A DNA stretch of 62,406 nt, filler included, from Chiloscyllium plagiosum (GCF_004010195.1; 4 parts of one record of this genome joined end to end with filler, not necessarily neighbours in it), one strand, 5' to 3'; shown: positions 26,128-39,245, counted from the whole stretch's first letter. Notes: a model not told the origin generated them from the sequence alone. Numbers and translations: made by a program.

Positions 26128-27138
26128 TTTTTACTACCACCTAAGTGCGGTAGTGCTTATTTTTTTCCCCAGCACCCATAGTGTGTGTGTGGAGGTGTGA
26201 AATCTCCTGGTTATCTTTTTTTTTGAAAGACACAACGTGCACGAATCTTTATTCAAATTCCACCACCAGGAAGATAGGAAAACACCCGATTGGCCAGTGA
26301 CAAACACTGCCCTTCACATCAAAGGGCAGTGCTGCGTGATCAAAACCAGTGAAGGGGAGGGTAGGGACTAAATCAAAATAAAACAGAGGAGAAGGTTTTT
26401 AAGGAAATCAAAAAGTGAGTGCAAACGCCCACACCCAATATATACATGGTCCACGGACTCCACAGCGCCACAGAACAAGCAGTTGGGCTGGGAGTCCGTG
26501 AACCACTGCAATCTGCAGTTGCAGGGGACTGCTGCGTGCAGCACCCTCCACCCCAGATCCCCGAGAGAAAGGGGGAGGACTCCCGCGTAGAGAGCCCTCC
26601 ACTGGGGATCCCCACCGCCCGGTGGCAAATGGGCACGCCAAGGCGTGTCCGGACAGTAGATGAGGGAGAAGAGGTGGACGGTGTGCAGCAGCAGTCTATA
26701 CAGGGCCCTCCTTTTTATATCTTTGAAGGAAACAAAATTAAAATTTCGCAGGCGGCTCAGGTTGTGGGGCAGAGGCTCCCGCGGGAAGTACGGGACCTTG
26801 GGGCCAATGTGAAATTCAGTCCGGGCTGGGGTGAGCGCGGACGGGATCCCATCGCACACCTGAGCGTCCTCCAACTGGTGCACTACGTCGGGTCCGAGCA
26901 TCGCCGTTTTAAGGCGTCGGATGGCAGTGGCCACGTACTGGACTTCTACCACTGCCCTGCTTGCTATGTCCTGCGGCAGCGTCTAGCCCAGGCCCCCGGC
27001 ACCCAGCACGTCCCCGACCCTGGTCACCCTCGCCGCCACGGCCCTCCCCTCCGACAGCCACTCGAACCCGCGAGTACGGAGGTGCGGATTCCTGAGCAAC
27101 GGCTCCCTGACGACAGCCGCTACTCCAGCTGGAGGGTA
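26128..27138 (-). mobile_element. 5'-truncated Tx1/L1-clade retrotransposon (ORF2 C-terminus + 3' UTR + polyA)
   Basis: DLGWRVLHAAV...CLFCGAVESVDHVYIGC zinc-knuckle motif and poly(T) on the + strand. TSD TCAATCACCTCTTT 26114-26127 / TCAACCACCTCTTT 27139-27152. CpG-rich. Confidence 0.85.
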
Positions 27139-28692
27139 TCAACCACCTCTTTATGCTGGCCAGGGCAATTAAAATGTTTTTGCATTTTGGCTTGAGTTTT
27201 CCTTACTCCCAAATGATCTTCTACTCATAATATCTCCTTTCAAAAACCCACCGGTAATACAACTTGATGAACTTCTGCCCATTTTTCATCTGCCTGAGTA
27301 TGTAATGGTTCCACTTCCTGATCAAGACTTTATTTTTTCGGTTGTAACATTCTGGGATACTCTCAGATTTGTCTTCTCTGTACTCTTTTTTGATACAACT
27401 GCTTTATCTCTTCATCTTTCTAATGTAATTCAGCTTACATCCCTGAACTAAAAATATTTGCTGTACCCTCCACCTGTTTTTATTTTATCTCAACCAGCTG
27501 ATTAAAAATAGTTTCTGATAAATGAATTTGAACCTCCCTGTCATTACTCTTTGATTTTTCCTCCTGTTTCAACCTGTAGCTTTATGATCTTGTTACTCTA
27601 TAGTAAGGAAAGATCCCAAGATATACTTGCCGTAATATCTCAACTATCCAATTTTTTTTTTCCACTGGCTTTTTCCACAGTAGGCGTAACTTTCACCTGC
27701 ATTCTCATAATGTCATTCCCAAGGATAGACTGTATTTCCGGAACAGAAATTTTCTCTATTACTCCTACCGTTTTGCCACTTTCCACCTGACTCTCTTATT
27801 TCCCTTTTTACAATGTAACACTACCCTTCTCACCTTAAATTCCACATGCTACCATCTTTTCTGGTAATATTTCTTCTAAATTACATTGCTGCTGTGATCT
27901 TTGGTGCACAGAGTAAATCACACCCACACATGTAAATTCTTACAGAGATCTGTCATTTTCCGATCAACCACCCGGACCAGACTATACGTTCTTATGCAGC
28001 TCTTTATCTTCAACTGTGATTCCTTTTACCAATTTAGCAAACCCCACTGTTTTGTTTTACCACGTCTTCCCAGTGCTCTTTTTAACTACCAACATTGTGC
28101 CTTCATGTGTCCTAGTTAATTACAGTGAAAACACATCAGCATTTTTCCTTCTCTTCCACCCCTATGGGTTTCTTTTTGCAGCCTGTGGTAATCTATCTTG
28201 ACTATCTTCAATGAGATCTCCTTTTCCATTATTATGTGAGGATTTCTCTTTTCCCCAGTTTCTATCCCTCACAAATTGAAATTGATGTCATAAGTCAAAC
28301 TTTGATTTATGAACTAACTCATAATTATCTGCTATTTCTGCTGCTAATTTTGCAGTCTTAACTCTCTGCTCATCCACATGTGTTCTCACTACTTCAGGAA
28401 GTGAATTTCTGAACACCTCCAAAATAACTCTTCTAAGAGCATCATACACCTGTTCTATATTCAAGGCCCTTATCAACTATCAAAGTTACTTTGTTTGATC
28501 TATTCAAATTCTATATATGTTTGACTAGGTTCCTCCTCAGACTCTGAAACAGTTGAATGTGGGCTTCTGGCACTAGTTCGTATGCACTTAAAATTTTATT
28601 TTCACTTCATTATAGACCCCAGATACCTCCTCTGATAGTGATGCAAAAACCTCACTAGCTGTACCTACCAAGTTTGTCTGAATCAACAATAC

Positions 28693-29289
28693 TGTTATGA
28701 GATGGGCTATCTTAAACCAGCAACACAGAAAAGATTTGCCCCATGCAACTCCTTTCTCTAACCTATCTTTTACCTTTCCCTTCTACAATACTAATCCAAT
28801 AAAACACCCAATTAAGATTTACCAAAAATTCAAATTTCAAACCCAGACAGCTGTCAAATCTTCTCTTTATATCTTCCTCTGTCTTCTTTTCTTCTTCTTA
28901 GTGATTTCTGTTTCACAGGTCACTGATCGATAAAAGTATCTTTAAGGGAGCTATTCTCTGGGCAGTTTTCATGTGTTGGTGGCTTGGCAGTTCTCTCCTA
29001 ACTGTTCAATTTTTTCTGGTCTTATACCCCAAAGCATCAGATTGTGACATTGGCTTTTAATATCGTCAACATATTAAATTCAAACTTGATTGGTGTTTGG
29101 TATTTTTGGGGGGTATAATTTATACTGATTGGCCTAATTCAAATTTGTTTTTGTCTCCAGACAACCAGTTACAATAGCTGCTGGACCAAAAGGTTACATT
29201 ATATCTTGTTCAGAACACTTGGTGCTGTCAGGTAGTTCTGCTGGCTTTTAACTTTCTTAAAAGATACAGTAACCAACATCTTCATAACA
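28693..29289 (-). mobile_element. Solo LTR inserted in the Gypsy gag
   Basis: TGTTATGA...TCATAACA terminal inverted repeat and perfect TSD ATAC (28689-28692, 29290-29293). Related to 57887-58642 in the opposite orientation. Confidence 0.85.
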
Positions 29290-30014
29290 ATACCCACATG
29301 GTCAGTGGCCATTTCAGTTGTTTTGCCACTTTGTCAAATATAATGAAAAAGGCTTCTATGTACTTCTTGTCGAACCTTGGTAACACTTGGACATATCGAA
29401 ATGGATCCCCCACCAGGCCTTTTGGCTATGTTGGGTTTGCTCTTCATCTCTACTCCCATCTTTTAACTTTACCTCTGCCATTTCAAGTCTATTTTCACCT
29501 TGCAGTTCCAATTTCTGAAGTTCAAAAGCTCTCTCTTTGTCCATATCCATAATCTTAATTCAAATGTTTTATTTCCTTTTCATATTTAAGCTATTTTAAT
29601 TCTTTGATCTTTGTTCCACTGCAATTGCTTTTCTCTCATTTGCTTTTGACTAATTCAAGCTACTCCATTTGCAATTGAATTTTAACCATTTCCAATTATT
29701 CCAATTGCATTTCTGGCAATTGTAGATGCTGAGTTATTGCTGCAATTGTGTCTACTTTTCTCACATTCACAGGCAACATAATCTTCAGTTTATCTGCCAA
29801 TTCCAAACAGTTTACTTTACTCACCTTCTGTAACCTACCGCAAGTGACTTCTTCCATACGCAGGAAACATTTAGTCACTGAAAGAGCCATTATTACACAT
29901 GGCACTCCCTATTTAAATCAACCAAATGCAACACCTGAAAAGAGAACACAATGATCACTACTCACTGTCTTTGAATCCAATAATCCTAAACCCAAGCAGG
30001 AATTTGAGATTTTG

Positions 30015-30032
30015 ATCCTGGATGAGCCCCGA
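30015..30032 (-). other. Primer-binding site, tRNA-Pro
   Basis: TCGGGGCTCATCCAGGAT vs canonical TGGGGGCTCGTCCGGGAT (15/18), 2 nt inside the 5' LTR. Confidence 0.8.
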
Positions 30033-30034
30033 TT

Positions 30035-30680
30035 TGTTCAGGACCAGAGCAGCCTCCCTAAAATATATTATGGAGATAGCTTGGCCCCCTATTTTTATTG
30101 ATTTTCAAAGGTAAATGTAAGGCATTGTGATTCGATGATTTGATTGTTCCACTACTAAACTTTAATCAAAACATACATTGTTCTTAGAATGCAATTAAAA
30201 TACAACAAAATGAAGAGTTGATTTAACTTTACACTATTGACATACTTAATAAGATAATGTAATATTTAACCACTATCAACTGTTCCAGCATAGACTGCAT
30301 CCCATAAACACACTCTTTGGCAAATTGCAATGCACAAAACAGTTATTATATTCACGTCTTGTCTGTCTGCAGCCCAATAGAAAGAAACAATCTCTCCTTT
30401 TGATTTCAAAGAGGAAACCTCTCTGTCTAAGTCTTTAATCCAGCAGCAGAGAGAACTGTTGCTGTCTGTTCCAGCTAACTAACCAAAAATACCTACTGAA
30501 AGCAAAACCAAAGTCTCTATGAGCCTGGCCCTGCCCACTCATGATTCTTTTGTTTTACTCTGGGAATAACGCCCAGGGAGAAATCCAAAGCTATTTATAA
30601 AATGTCTGCTGAGGTACCTCAGCACCACTATGTAAAAGAAGAAAAAAACAGAATACATTCTTCAAGGCACAGTGTCAACA
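30035..30680 (-). repeat. 5' LTR of the Gypsy element
   Basis: TGTT...CA termini and colinear similarity to 22497-23298. The outer end could be 30680 or 30682. Confidence 0.85.
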
Positions 30681-31169
30681 CACTAACCAGTTGTAACATA
30701 AACTACAGTTTTTGCAAAGTGGTCCAAACCAATGGTGCTTAGTGACTGCTTTTGGCTTTGAAACGGAATTCCATGATCATTCATTTATATCATTAGTTAG
30801 TTTACTCCAAATTTCCTCCTTGGCCTGAAATTCACTTCTGTTAATTAGATAGTAAATGACAGGAAAAGCATTGGTATCTTCCACAAAATATGTAACATTA
30901 ATGGATGGGCATTAACAGCTGGAAATGTTTAGGTAAATTTCCATTTTATATTACAAACATGTATAATTCAGCTCATCTCCCTTTACTTAACTAATACCTC
31001 TGAAGTAGCATCACGACATATCGGACCATTTAATAATGAACAGGAATCATCATTGTAGTGTTGTCAGATGTTACCTTCATTTGGTTTTCCCCTTCAAGGA
31101 GTGATGTATCTAAATCTGAAGAGAATCATCTGATGGGAACAGTTCTACTCACACCTAAGCATTTAAAAG

Positions 31170-31262
31170 TCCTAATGAAGGGTTTCACCCCAAAACATTG
31201 ACTTTCCTGCTCCTCGGATGCTGTCTGACCTGCAGTGCCTTTCCAGCTTCACTTGTGTTGAC
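31170..31262 (+). mobile_element. PLE family A remnant (decayed)
   Basis: CCTAATGAAGGGTTTCACCCCAAAACATTG...GATGCTGTCTGACCTGC. Confidence 0.65.
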
Positions 31263-31287
31263 TCAGTTAAAAAGTAATATGGATTGT

Positions 31288-31593
31288 GGGTGGCACGGTG
31301 GAACAGTGGTTAGCACTGCTGCCTCACAGCGCCAGAGATCCGGGTTCAATTCCCGCCTCAGGCGACTGACTGTGTGGAGTTTGCACGTTCTCCCCGTGTC
31401 TGCGTGGGTTCCCTCCAGGTGCTCCTGTTTCCTCCCACAGTCCAAAGGTGTGCAGGTCAGGTGAATGGGCCATGCTAAATGGCCCGTAGTGTTAGGTAAG
31501 GGGTAAATGTAGGGGTATGGGTGGGTTGCGGTTCGATGTGGACTTGTTGGGCCGAAGGGCCTGTTTCCACACTGTAATGTAATCTAATCTAAT
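31288..31593 (+). mobile_element. HE1-type SINE
   Basis: A box TGGAACAGTGG, B box GGTTCAATTCC, central domain, CR1-like tail and (AATCT)n end. Confidence 0.9.
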
Positions 31594-33944
31594 TACATTT
31601 AGATAATTTCTAAGTCAGTTGACTGAAATTCTATAGGCTTGTTCTCAGGCTAATTTTGTTCCCTTTCTGCTTTAGGGTAACAGTCAATGCTGTAACTGTG
31701 CCATTTAACTACAAAGGTCACCAACAGGTCATTTAGCATAATTATTTTAAATTACCACGTTTGTTAATAAGGAAGATCGGTGGAGATGTCACTGAGAAAA
31801 TTGCAAAATATATGTCTAAAGTGTTTGTGATTCTTAGATCAATAATCTGATGATGTTTATTCACAATTACAGAAGTTTTCTCAAACATTAGTTGCAAATG
31901 GATCAGGTATTACTCCTATTTTGATCTAGACTCTCTATACTATTTGTAAACAATAGTGGCTTCCATTTAGTTGTCATATTTATTACACTGGCAAAAGTAA
32001 ATGTTGACACAGAAGAGAAAGGAGCCATATATCCTCTTGAGGGAGCTATCTGCATAAGGCTGTGAAGAGATGTGGGATCAAATACCATAGAATTAGTAGG
32101 AAGGTACAGTAGAGCCTTAAAATTCATGCTTGTAATGCCTTGGAGTACAGACTTCCAAATCAAATAGCTGCAAGTTTGGATCACAGCCATGACCTATCAG
32201 TTGGAGTCTCTTTCATTACTTGAGCACAGTTGGATGGATGTGAAATTGAACTGAACTGCCAAGAGATCAGAATTAGGTCACTTTACCTTTCGGTGTAGAC
32301 TTTGGAGTTTAGAGTAATTCCTATAATGTGGATTAGAAAAAAGTTGTTTCTTTTTCAAATCTGAAGGTGACTTTGATGTCTAGTAATTAATTTTTGATTG
32401 TTTAATTGCAAGCATGAACCATAGATCACAATTGTTTAAAGACTTGTACCAATGGATTAAATGTAATTCTTGGCATTGCATTTGAGTATGAGGCTTGAGA
32501 ATAAAGACCTCTGTAATCTTCTTTCTTGATAATATATGTCAACTATGGAACAATCATTTCAGAAAATGTCTGAATAGGTTTTAATAAATCTGAGTGTTCA
32601 TATTTCACCTCAGCTGCAGGTTATAAGAATGTGAAGGAAGGAAGCTATCTATCTGTGGAAGGGGTTAATATGTACAATTATGGGAATGCTCCAATCCTAT
32701 GCAAGCATGTTAATTACAGAAAAGTCATCTAGCATCTGCCTACCTTTGCTAAAGAAAAAAATATGCAAGATCAATTAAAATTCAGTGTATCTACTTAAAC
32801 AGCCTTTACATGTACTCCAACCCCCATTTGTATTTTTAATACACTTTATATCAAATTTGTTCATGTACCTCATGAAGCATGAGTACAATCCTGTTATTAT
32901 CAATGGCTGAATGATAAACAATAACTTTAAAGGACAGCATGTTAATAAGTGCCTTTAAATCACTATTGTTAGTTTTGCTTCTCTTCCTCTATCACATTAT
33001 CTCAGTCTTGAGCTAAACATCACCTTATCAATATAATTTAATAATGACTGGCAACAGCTATCAAGTTGTGGGAGGGTTAATTGGAAAGACTAGTTCATGT
33101 AGGTATTACAGCAGCAACCCTCCTTAATTATATACTGGGCTCAATGTTCTTGATATTGTCTCTTCCTTCGCTGGAATGACATTTATGGAGATTTAAATAC
33201 ATTATTTTTTTTGAAGATATTTAACTCCTCTACTTACTCACTATCGGAGGTTAAAATCTAATCAAATCGCAGAATTCTGCAGATGTTGGAAATTTGGATG
33301 GAAAGAGAAAAGCAGAGTTCAAACTTCAGTTCTGTTCTTTTCCAGCATTCTGTTTTATTTTACATTTGTTTATTTTTAGGAAGTCATCATCTTTTTGTGG
33401 TTACTTATGAGTATTTATTAATTTGTGAATCTCATTTAACCTTAAAATTTCAAATCATTATCTTTCAGTTAAAACTCTACATGCAGTTAAGTCCCTGCTT
33501 AATGTTACATGTTTAAAGCTGTTCAAGTAGCAACAATATATCTATTTAACGTTGGCAATTTTACATTTAGTGTTATTTGCTACAGAGTTCCTGTTCTGTG
33601 GCCTGCACATACACATAGTCTTTCTCCCATGCTTCCTCTCTTGCATTCAGTATCTCTTCACCCTACTTCCACCTTTGTCTCACATAGTGCATTCTTGCCT
33701 TTCTGCCTGGAACCTGTTCATCAGCTCCTGCCTTTTCCTGGCTTCTGTTCTGAAGTTAAATGTCCTGGGTCCTATCTAGTAACAAAACATAGCAGGTAGA
33801 TATTGTCCTGAAACTTTAGCTAGGGCAGATGGTTAAGAGACTATGCCTGAGTGAGGCATAGATCACAATAGAGAATTTAATTTGTATGGTAAGTTTTAGT
33901 AATTATTTATAAAGTTAAAATATAGACTAGAAAAAGTACATTTT

Positions 33945-34050
33945 TAATAAACCTGTTCAGACATGTTATGAAACGCAATTGGAGCAAGGACATTTTGAAT
34001 CCAGGTGTCCTGATGAACAGATAGGGAACACCCAGTGCGACAAGACCCCT
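33945..34050 (-). mobile_element. Short tRNA-like SINE, decayed
   Basis: Reverse complement resembles 34203-34320 and 54692-54805. Confidence 0.5.
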
Positions 34051-34202
34051 GAGACCAAGAGACCGATTCTGACACAGATCAGACAACCTTCAATTGAGTT
34101 AACTAGCCTTCTAAAACAGGGGGTTGCCTGATCGAGACAATTATCTGTTAATCTGCTCAGCATTATCTAGTTGTTTTAACGTTGTTAATTACTATAGCTA
34201 CA

Positions 34203-34320
34203 GCTTTCGTGGTGTATTGGTATTATCCCTGTCTTTGGACAAGGAGGCCTAAACCCAAGTTCCATCAGCTTCAGGGGCGTGTAATAACATACCCGAACAG
34301 GCTAATTAGGAATATCTTAA
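34203..34320 (+). mobile_element. Short tRNA-like SINE, decayed
   Basis: GTGGTGTATTGGTATTATCCCT...GGAGGCCT...CAGGCTAATTAGGAATATC, similar to 54692-54805. Confidence 0.5.
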
Positions 34321-34629
34321 TTACTGTAAAAGAAAGTTACACTAACTAATGACTTGTAAATCATCAGAGATGAAATGCGAAACAGAGTTTTCAAACTACA
34401 CGGTCAGTAAGAGATGCACGTGTCAGGAAATGATGCTTCAGATTAGGTGTAAGTGGACTGTAGAAGTGAATTTAATTCATGTGGGAATTCAGTGCATGGG
34501 GGTAAAAAGTGCTTTACTAATTGCAGTAAATGTTTCTTAAATGCATTGAGAATTAGTCACATTCATCAATATATAGTTTTATTAGTCATTGCAATGTTTA
34601 TTAGTATTGCTAAGATTCGCCAACTTTAA

Positions 34630-34780
34630 GTACATTTAAGTACATTTAAGTCATTATTGGACAAGCATATGGGCGTACATGGAATAGTGTAGGTTAGATG
34701 GGCTTCAGATTGGTATGACAGGTCAGTGCAACATCGAGGGCCGAAGGGCCTGTACTGCGCTGTAATGTTCTATGTTCTAT
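34630..34780 (+). mobile_element. CR1 3' tail
   Basis: Ends GGGCCGAAGGGCCTGTACTGCGCTGTAATGTTCTATGTTCTAT. Same tail as 62160-62260. Confidence 0.8.
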
Positions 34781-34789
34781 CTTTAGCAA

Positions 34790-36612
34790 TAACAAAGTTG
34801 ACTGATAAGTAAAGGATTGAGATGAGATGCATTCAACGATACTGAGGGTAGTGACAATAGAAATTGCAAATGCAATTGTGATAATGTTTCACCTGTCCTT
34901 AGATTCCAGGATGGTGCCTGAACTCTGAAGAATTGCAAACATGCTCAAAAAAGGTTGTAAGATAAGGTGAGCACCTATGGACCAGTCAGTTCCACTTCAG
35001 TTATTGGGAAACATCTGGAAACAACAATTTGGGACAAAATTACTAGACAAATGAATATATGTAGATTAATTAAGGCATGAATTTCTTAAGTGAAAATCGT
35101 GTTTAAGTAACTGACTTGAGTTTTCTGTCTAACAGCGCAGTTCGATCAGGCGGTGCTATTGATCTGATGTTCATAGACTTCCAGAAGAAATTTGATACAG
35201 TACCACAAAATAGATGGGCGCTCATGGAATAATAGAAGCAACATGAATGCAAAATTGCCTGAGTGACAGGAAATGGAAAGTAATGGTTAATGAATGCTTT
35301 CTAGGCTGGCGGAAGGTCTATAGTGGAGTTCCCCAGAAGTCAGTGTTGGGACCCTTGTTTTTCCTGATATATATTACCACTTTGAGCTTTGTGTACAGTG
35401 GACAATTCAAAACTTACAGGTGATACAAAACTTGGAAACATTGCAAGCTGTGAGAAGGGTAGTGTCAAACTTTATAAGGACATAGTCACGATGATGGAGT
35501 GGGCATGTAGCTGGCAGATGAAGTTCAAAGCAGACAAGGGTAGGGTGATACATTTTTGTCAGAAGAACATGGAGAGATAATGTAAAATAAAGTTTACCAC
35601 ACTAAGGAGGATGTAGGAGCAGAAGCTCAGAGATATGTGTGTATTTAAGGTGACAGGACAAGGTGAGATAGCAGTCAATAAAGCATACAGTATCCTGCAC
35701 ATTACTAATAAGAGAATGGAGTACAAGAGGATGGGGATTAGTTTGAACTTTTAGAAAATAATATTTAGACCTCAGCCGGAGTGTTGTGCGCATTTCTGGG
35801 CACTGCACTTTAGGAAGGATGTGAAGGCATTGGAAAGAGTGCAGAAGAGTTTGATAAAAATTGTTCCAGGGATGAGAAATTTCAATTATGAAGATAGATT
35901 GGAGAAGCTGAGACTGTTTTCTTTGGAAAAGAGAAAGCTAAGAGAAGATCTTATTGAAGTATTCGAAACCATGCAAGGTCTAGACAAAGGAAATAGGGAG
36001 AAGATCTTTCCATTTGTGAAAGGATCAAGAATGAGAGGGCACAGATTGAAAGTAATTACTAGAAGAATGAAAAGTGGTATGAGAAAAATCACTTCTACAC
36101 AGCGAGTAGAGAGAAAATGGAATGTCCTGCTTGAGAGTTAAAACTCACAGAACGCTTTGATCACCCCAGGAGAAAGTGAGGTCTGCAGATGCTGGAGATC
36201 AGACTCGAGAGTGTGCTGCTGGAAAAGCACAGCAGGTCGGGCAGCATTCGAGGAGCAGGAGAATCAGTCTTTCGGGCCAGAGTCCTTTATCAGGAATTCT
36301 GATGAAGGGCTCTGGCCCAAAACGTCAATTCTTCTGCTCCTCAGATGCTGCCTGACCTGCTGTGCTTTTCCAGTAACACACTCTCCACTTTGACCATGCC
36401 AGTCCAACACCGGTATCTCCACATCGCTGCTTGAGAGTGGTAGTGATGGGTTCAAGTGAGGTTTTCAATGGGAAATTTTCAATGGTTATTTAAAAAAGAA
36501 CAATTTGGTGAGAAGACAGAAAAATGGCAATAAATATTGTGCTCATTTAAAGAGCCAAGTCAAGTATGATAAGGTCAAATTGCCTTCTCCTGTGCTGTAA
36601 TGATTCTGTGAT
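34790..36612 (+). mobile_element. Old CR1 LINE RT/3' end with nested PLE remnants
   Basis: LTGDTKLG...WQMKF and ALERVQKSLIKIVPGMRNFNYEDRLEKLRLFSLEKRKLREDLIEVF. Confidence 0.85.
36139..36426. mobile_element. PLE family B remnant containing a family A palindromic mini-element (36170-36387)
   Basis: Outer TSD CTGCTTGAGAGT at 36127-36138 and 36427-36438. Inner imperfect TSD at 36155-36169 and 36388-36402. Confidence 0.8.
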
Positions 36613-38066
36613 ATTTGAACGGACCAACCTCTGCCACTAAATGGGGCCTGGCCAATGTAACACTACTGTAGGTGAGTCATTTTCAAAAACAATTTAATTT
36701 TATTGTATACCTTCTTTGTTTAGTGATGTACTTTATTTTTCAAGTTATTTCAACAAGGAATGCACAGTGCTGAATCTATATAGATTTGAGCTTGCGCATT
36801 GGTTTCACCAGATGAGAAATGTCAGAAGGAACCCAATTCTAGCTTTAATACTGATTCATATGAGAACATATGTAGGTAGATTTTCAACTAGTCAAACAGC
36901 AATATCCCAGTGTAGATGAGTATTGTGCTTAGTAACCCTATGGTTTCCCTATCATAGCACATTCTGAGAGAATTGACCAGGAAATTGAATCTTCTGCTAG
37001 ACATTCTTCTACGCTTGAAACCCTCGGAATGATTCCATTTTAATTGCAGACTTTAGATAGCTCTGATGAAATTAAGTAAAATAGTTAAATACATTGTATA
37101 ATACCTGTAACTAAGAAACTGACCCACCTCGAGTACCTGACAACACCAACCTGATCTGCACACAAACACCCCCTCTGACAGAGTGAACCCCTGCCACCAC
37201 TGGACCTAACCGTCCCAAATCCCTGCACCATTGGACCCAATCCCACTCATCCCTCACCCTGGCCACTGCTGCTCTGAGCACACACCCCCACCACCACCAC
37301 CCCACCCAGAAATGAACACATCACCCCTTCTTTGCCGTCAGACTCAATCATCCATTTCTCTTTGCCCACTGAGCCAGGCATGACTCAAACCCTATCTCTC
37401 CTTTGATCCAATCTCCTTTCTCCCCATTCTGACCTATGCCAAATACTCTTTCCTGGCCCCTTACCAACCTGCAACCTATCACCCTACCTAGTTTGTATCA
37501 TATCCCCTCCTCAGCTGGCACCCTATGTACTTGATATTTTCTTCCCAATTGGCTCCCAACCAGCCCAGCACCTTAACATCACACCATTTATGCTTCCTTT
37601 TTAACAAAACTGTTAGCATGGCTGTCAGGACCTTTGGAAATGGGCACAGTTTGCCTTCTCCTGGTAGTTATACACTATGAAAGAACTGTCAGACTGTAAG
37701 TACAGCTGCTGATTTCCGAAGAAGCCCTGAGTGGAATCTCCTATCAGGAATGCAAAGCTCCTTCCTTAAACAAAACGACCAGAGTGGCAATCAGTGTGAA
37801 ATTGCTACTCGCAAGAATATCTGGCCCATGATTCACTGCAAGTTCATTCAACTCAGTTGTAATTTTCACAACTTTGCGTGAGAACTCCCTGTGTACAATC
37901 TGTTAATCCAGTAGCCATCTCAAAGTCTCATAATTTGTTGTTTGTCATCACAAGTCTTATTGTCTATGCTTTATCTAAGTTTACCTTGAAAAATCCAATA
38001 GTGCAACTTCGTTACAATCACTTCCAGGTGAGGGTCCCCAATTTATAACACTTCTGGTATCAGGTC

Positions 38067-38168
38067 AGCTCTGATGAAGAGTCATTTAGACTTGAAACAT
38101 TACCTTGTTTTCTCTTCTTGGATGCTGCCTGACCCACTGTGATTTCCAGCATTTTTTTGTTTTCAGCT
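38067..38168 (+). mobile_element. PLE family D remnant with hammerhead-like motif
   Basis: agct-CTGATGA-AGAGTCATTTAGACTT-GAAACATT followed by the GATGCTGCCTGACC tail. Confidence 0.7.
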
Positions 38169-39245
38169 TGGCTAGTGGATTGGCTAACCAACAAGAAGCA
38201 GAGAATCAGGATAAAAGGGTCCTTTTCTGATTGGCAAGCTGTAACTAGTGGAATACTACAGTCCTTAGATACTATTTACAATCGATACTAATGACTTGGA
38301 TGCAGGGATAGGAAGTACAATAGCGAAATTTGCAGATGACACTGAAATAGCTGGGAAACTAAGTTACAAGGAATTAAGAAGTTTAAAAATGATCTGGATA
38401 GGTTTAGTGAATGTGCCAAAATTTGACAGGAAGAATTTCATGTGGATTAATATGAGATTATCCATCTTGGTCAGAAGAATAAAAAGGCAACTTTATTGTC
38501 CAAGTGGAAAGAAAATGCAAAATGTTTCAGTGCAGAGGGATTTAGATGTTCTCATACATGAGTACAGAAAGCTCGTATGCAGTTGCAACCGGTAATAAAG
38601 AGGGGAAACAGCATTTTGGCATTTATTGGTAAAGGAATGGAGTTATAAAAGTATGGAAGTGTAGTTGCAATTTTACAGAGCATTGGTGAGATCACATTTG
38701 GAGTCCTGCATGCAGTTTTGGCCCCTTGCTTGAGGAAGGATGCATTTATATTGGAGGCAGTTTAGAGAAGTTTCACCAGATTGATTCCAGAGATGAATAG
38801 TTTGTCTTAATGAGGAGAAATTGAGCACTTTAGGCCTATATGTTCTCGAGTTTAGAAGGATGAGAGACAATATAAGTGAAGGATATAAGATGCTAATAAG
38901 GATTGATAAAGAAGACATAAAGCAGATGTTTCTCCTTGTGGAGCAACCTAGAGTGAGAGGTAATAGCTGTAAACTAAAGGTAGCAGTTTTAAAACAGATG
39001 AGGAGGAATTCTACCAAAGGGTTATGAATCTGTGGAATTCAATATACTGGTGTTGTAGATGCTGGAACACTGATTAAATTTGAGGAGGAGATAGACAGAT
39101 TTCTAATTTGTAATGAGTTTTGTGGAGTGGGTAGAAAAGTTGAATTGAGGCTGAAATGAGATCTGCCATACCAAATTAAATGGTGGGGCAGGTTTGAAGG
39201 ACTCACTTGCCAACTCCGACTCCTGGGTTTTAAAGTTCTTATGTG
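38169..39245 (+). mobile_element. Old CR1 LINE RT/3' end
   Basis: IAKFADDTEIAG, QRDLDVLIH and LGLYVLEFRRMRD. Confidence 0.8.

Larger units (their letters stand above)
22497..30680 (-). mobile_element. Full-length decayed Gypsy LTR retrotransposon, Gmr1-like (gag, INT, RT, RH order)
   Basis: Two related LTRs, a tRNA-Pro PBS and a PPT. Gag about 29900-27950; integrase about 27230-25000 (HLGVRKT...FCQTCHT, IQSYQGSHFTS); RT about 24700-24000 (LYQFKVMPFGMKN, EYIDD); RNase H about 23830-23490 (AIDTSDVS). Confidence 0.9.

Noticed and set aside
26419..27195. 258-aa + strand ORF
   Set aside because: Antisense shadow of the GC-rich Tx1 ORF2 with no recognisable domain.
22493..30686. TSD of the Gypsy element
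   Set aside because: CAAT vs CACT (or CTAA) depending on the LTR end chosen; not reliable enough to report.
31288..31365. tRNA genes at SINE heads (also 60637, 57276, 6500-6578)
   Set aside because: A/B boxes continue into a SINE body and tail, with no convincing cloverleaf or terminator.
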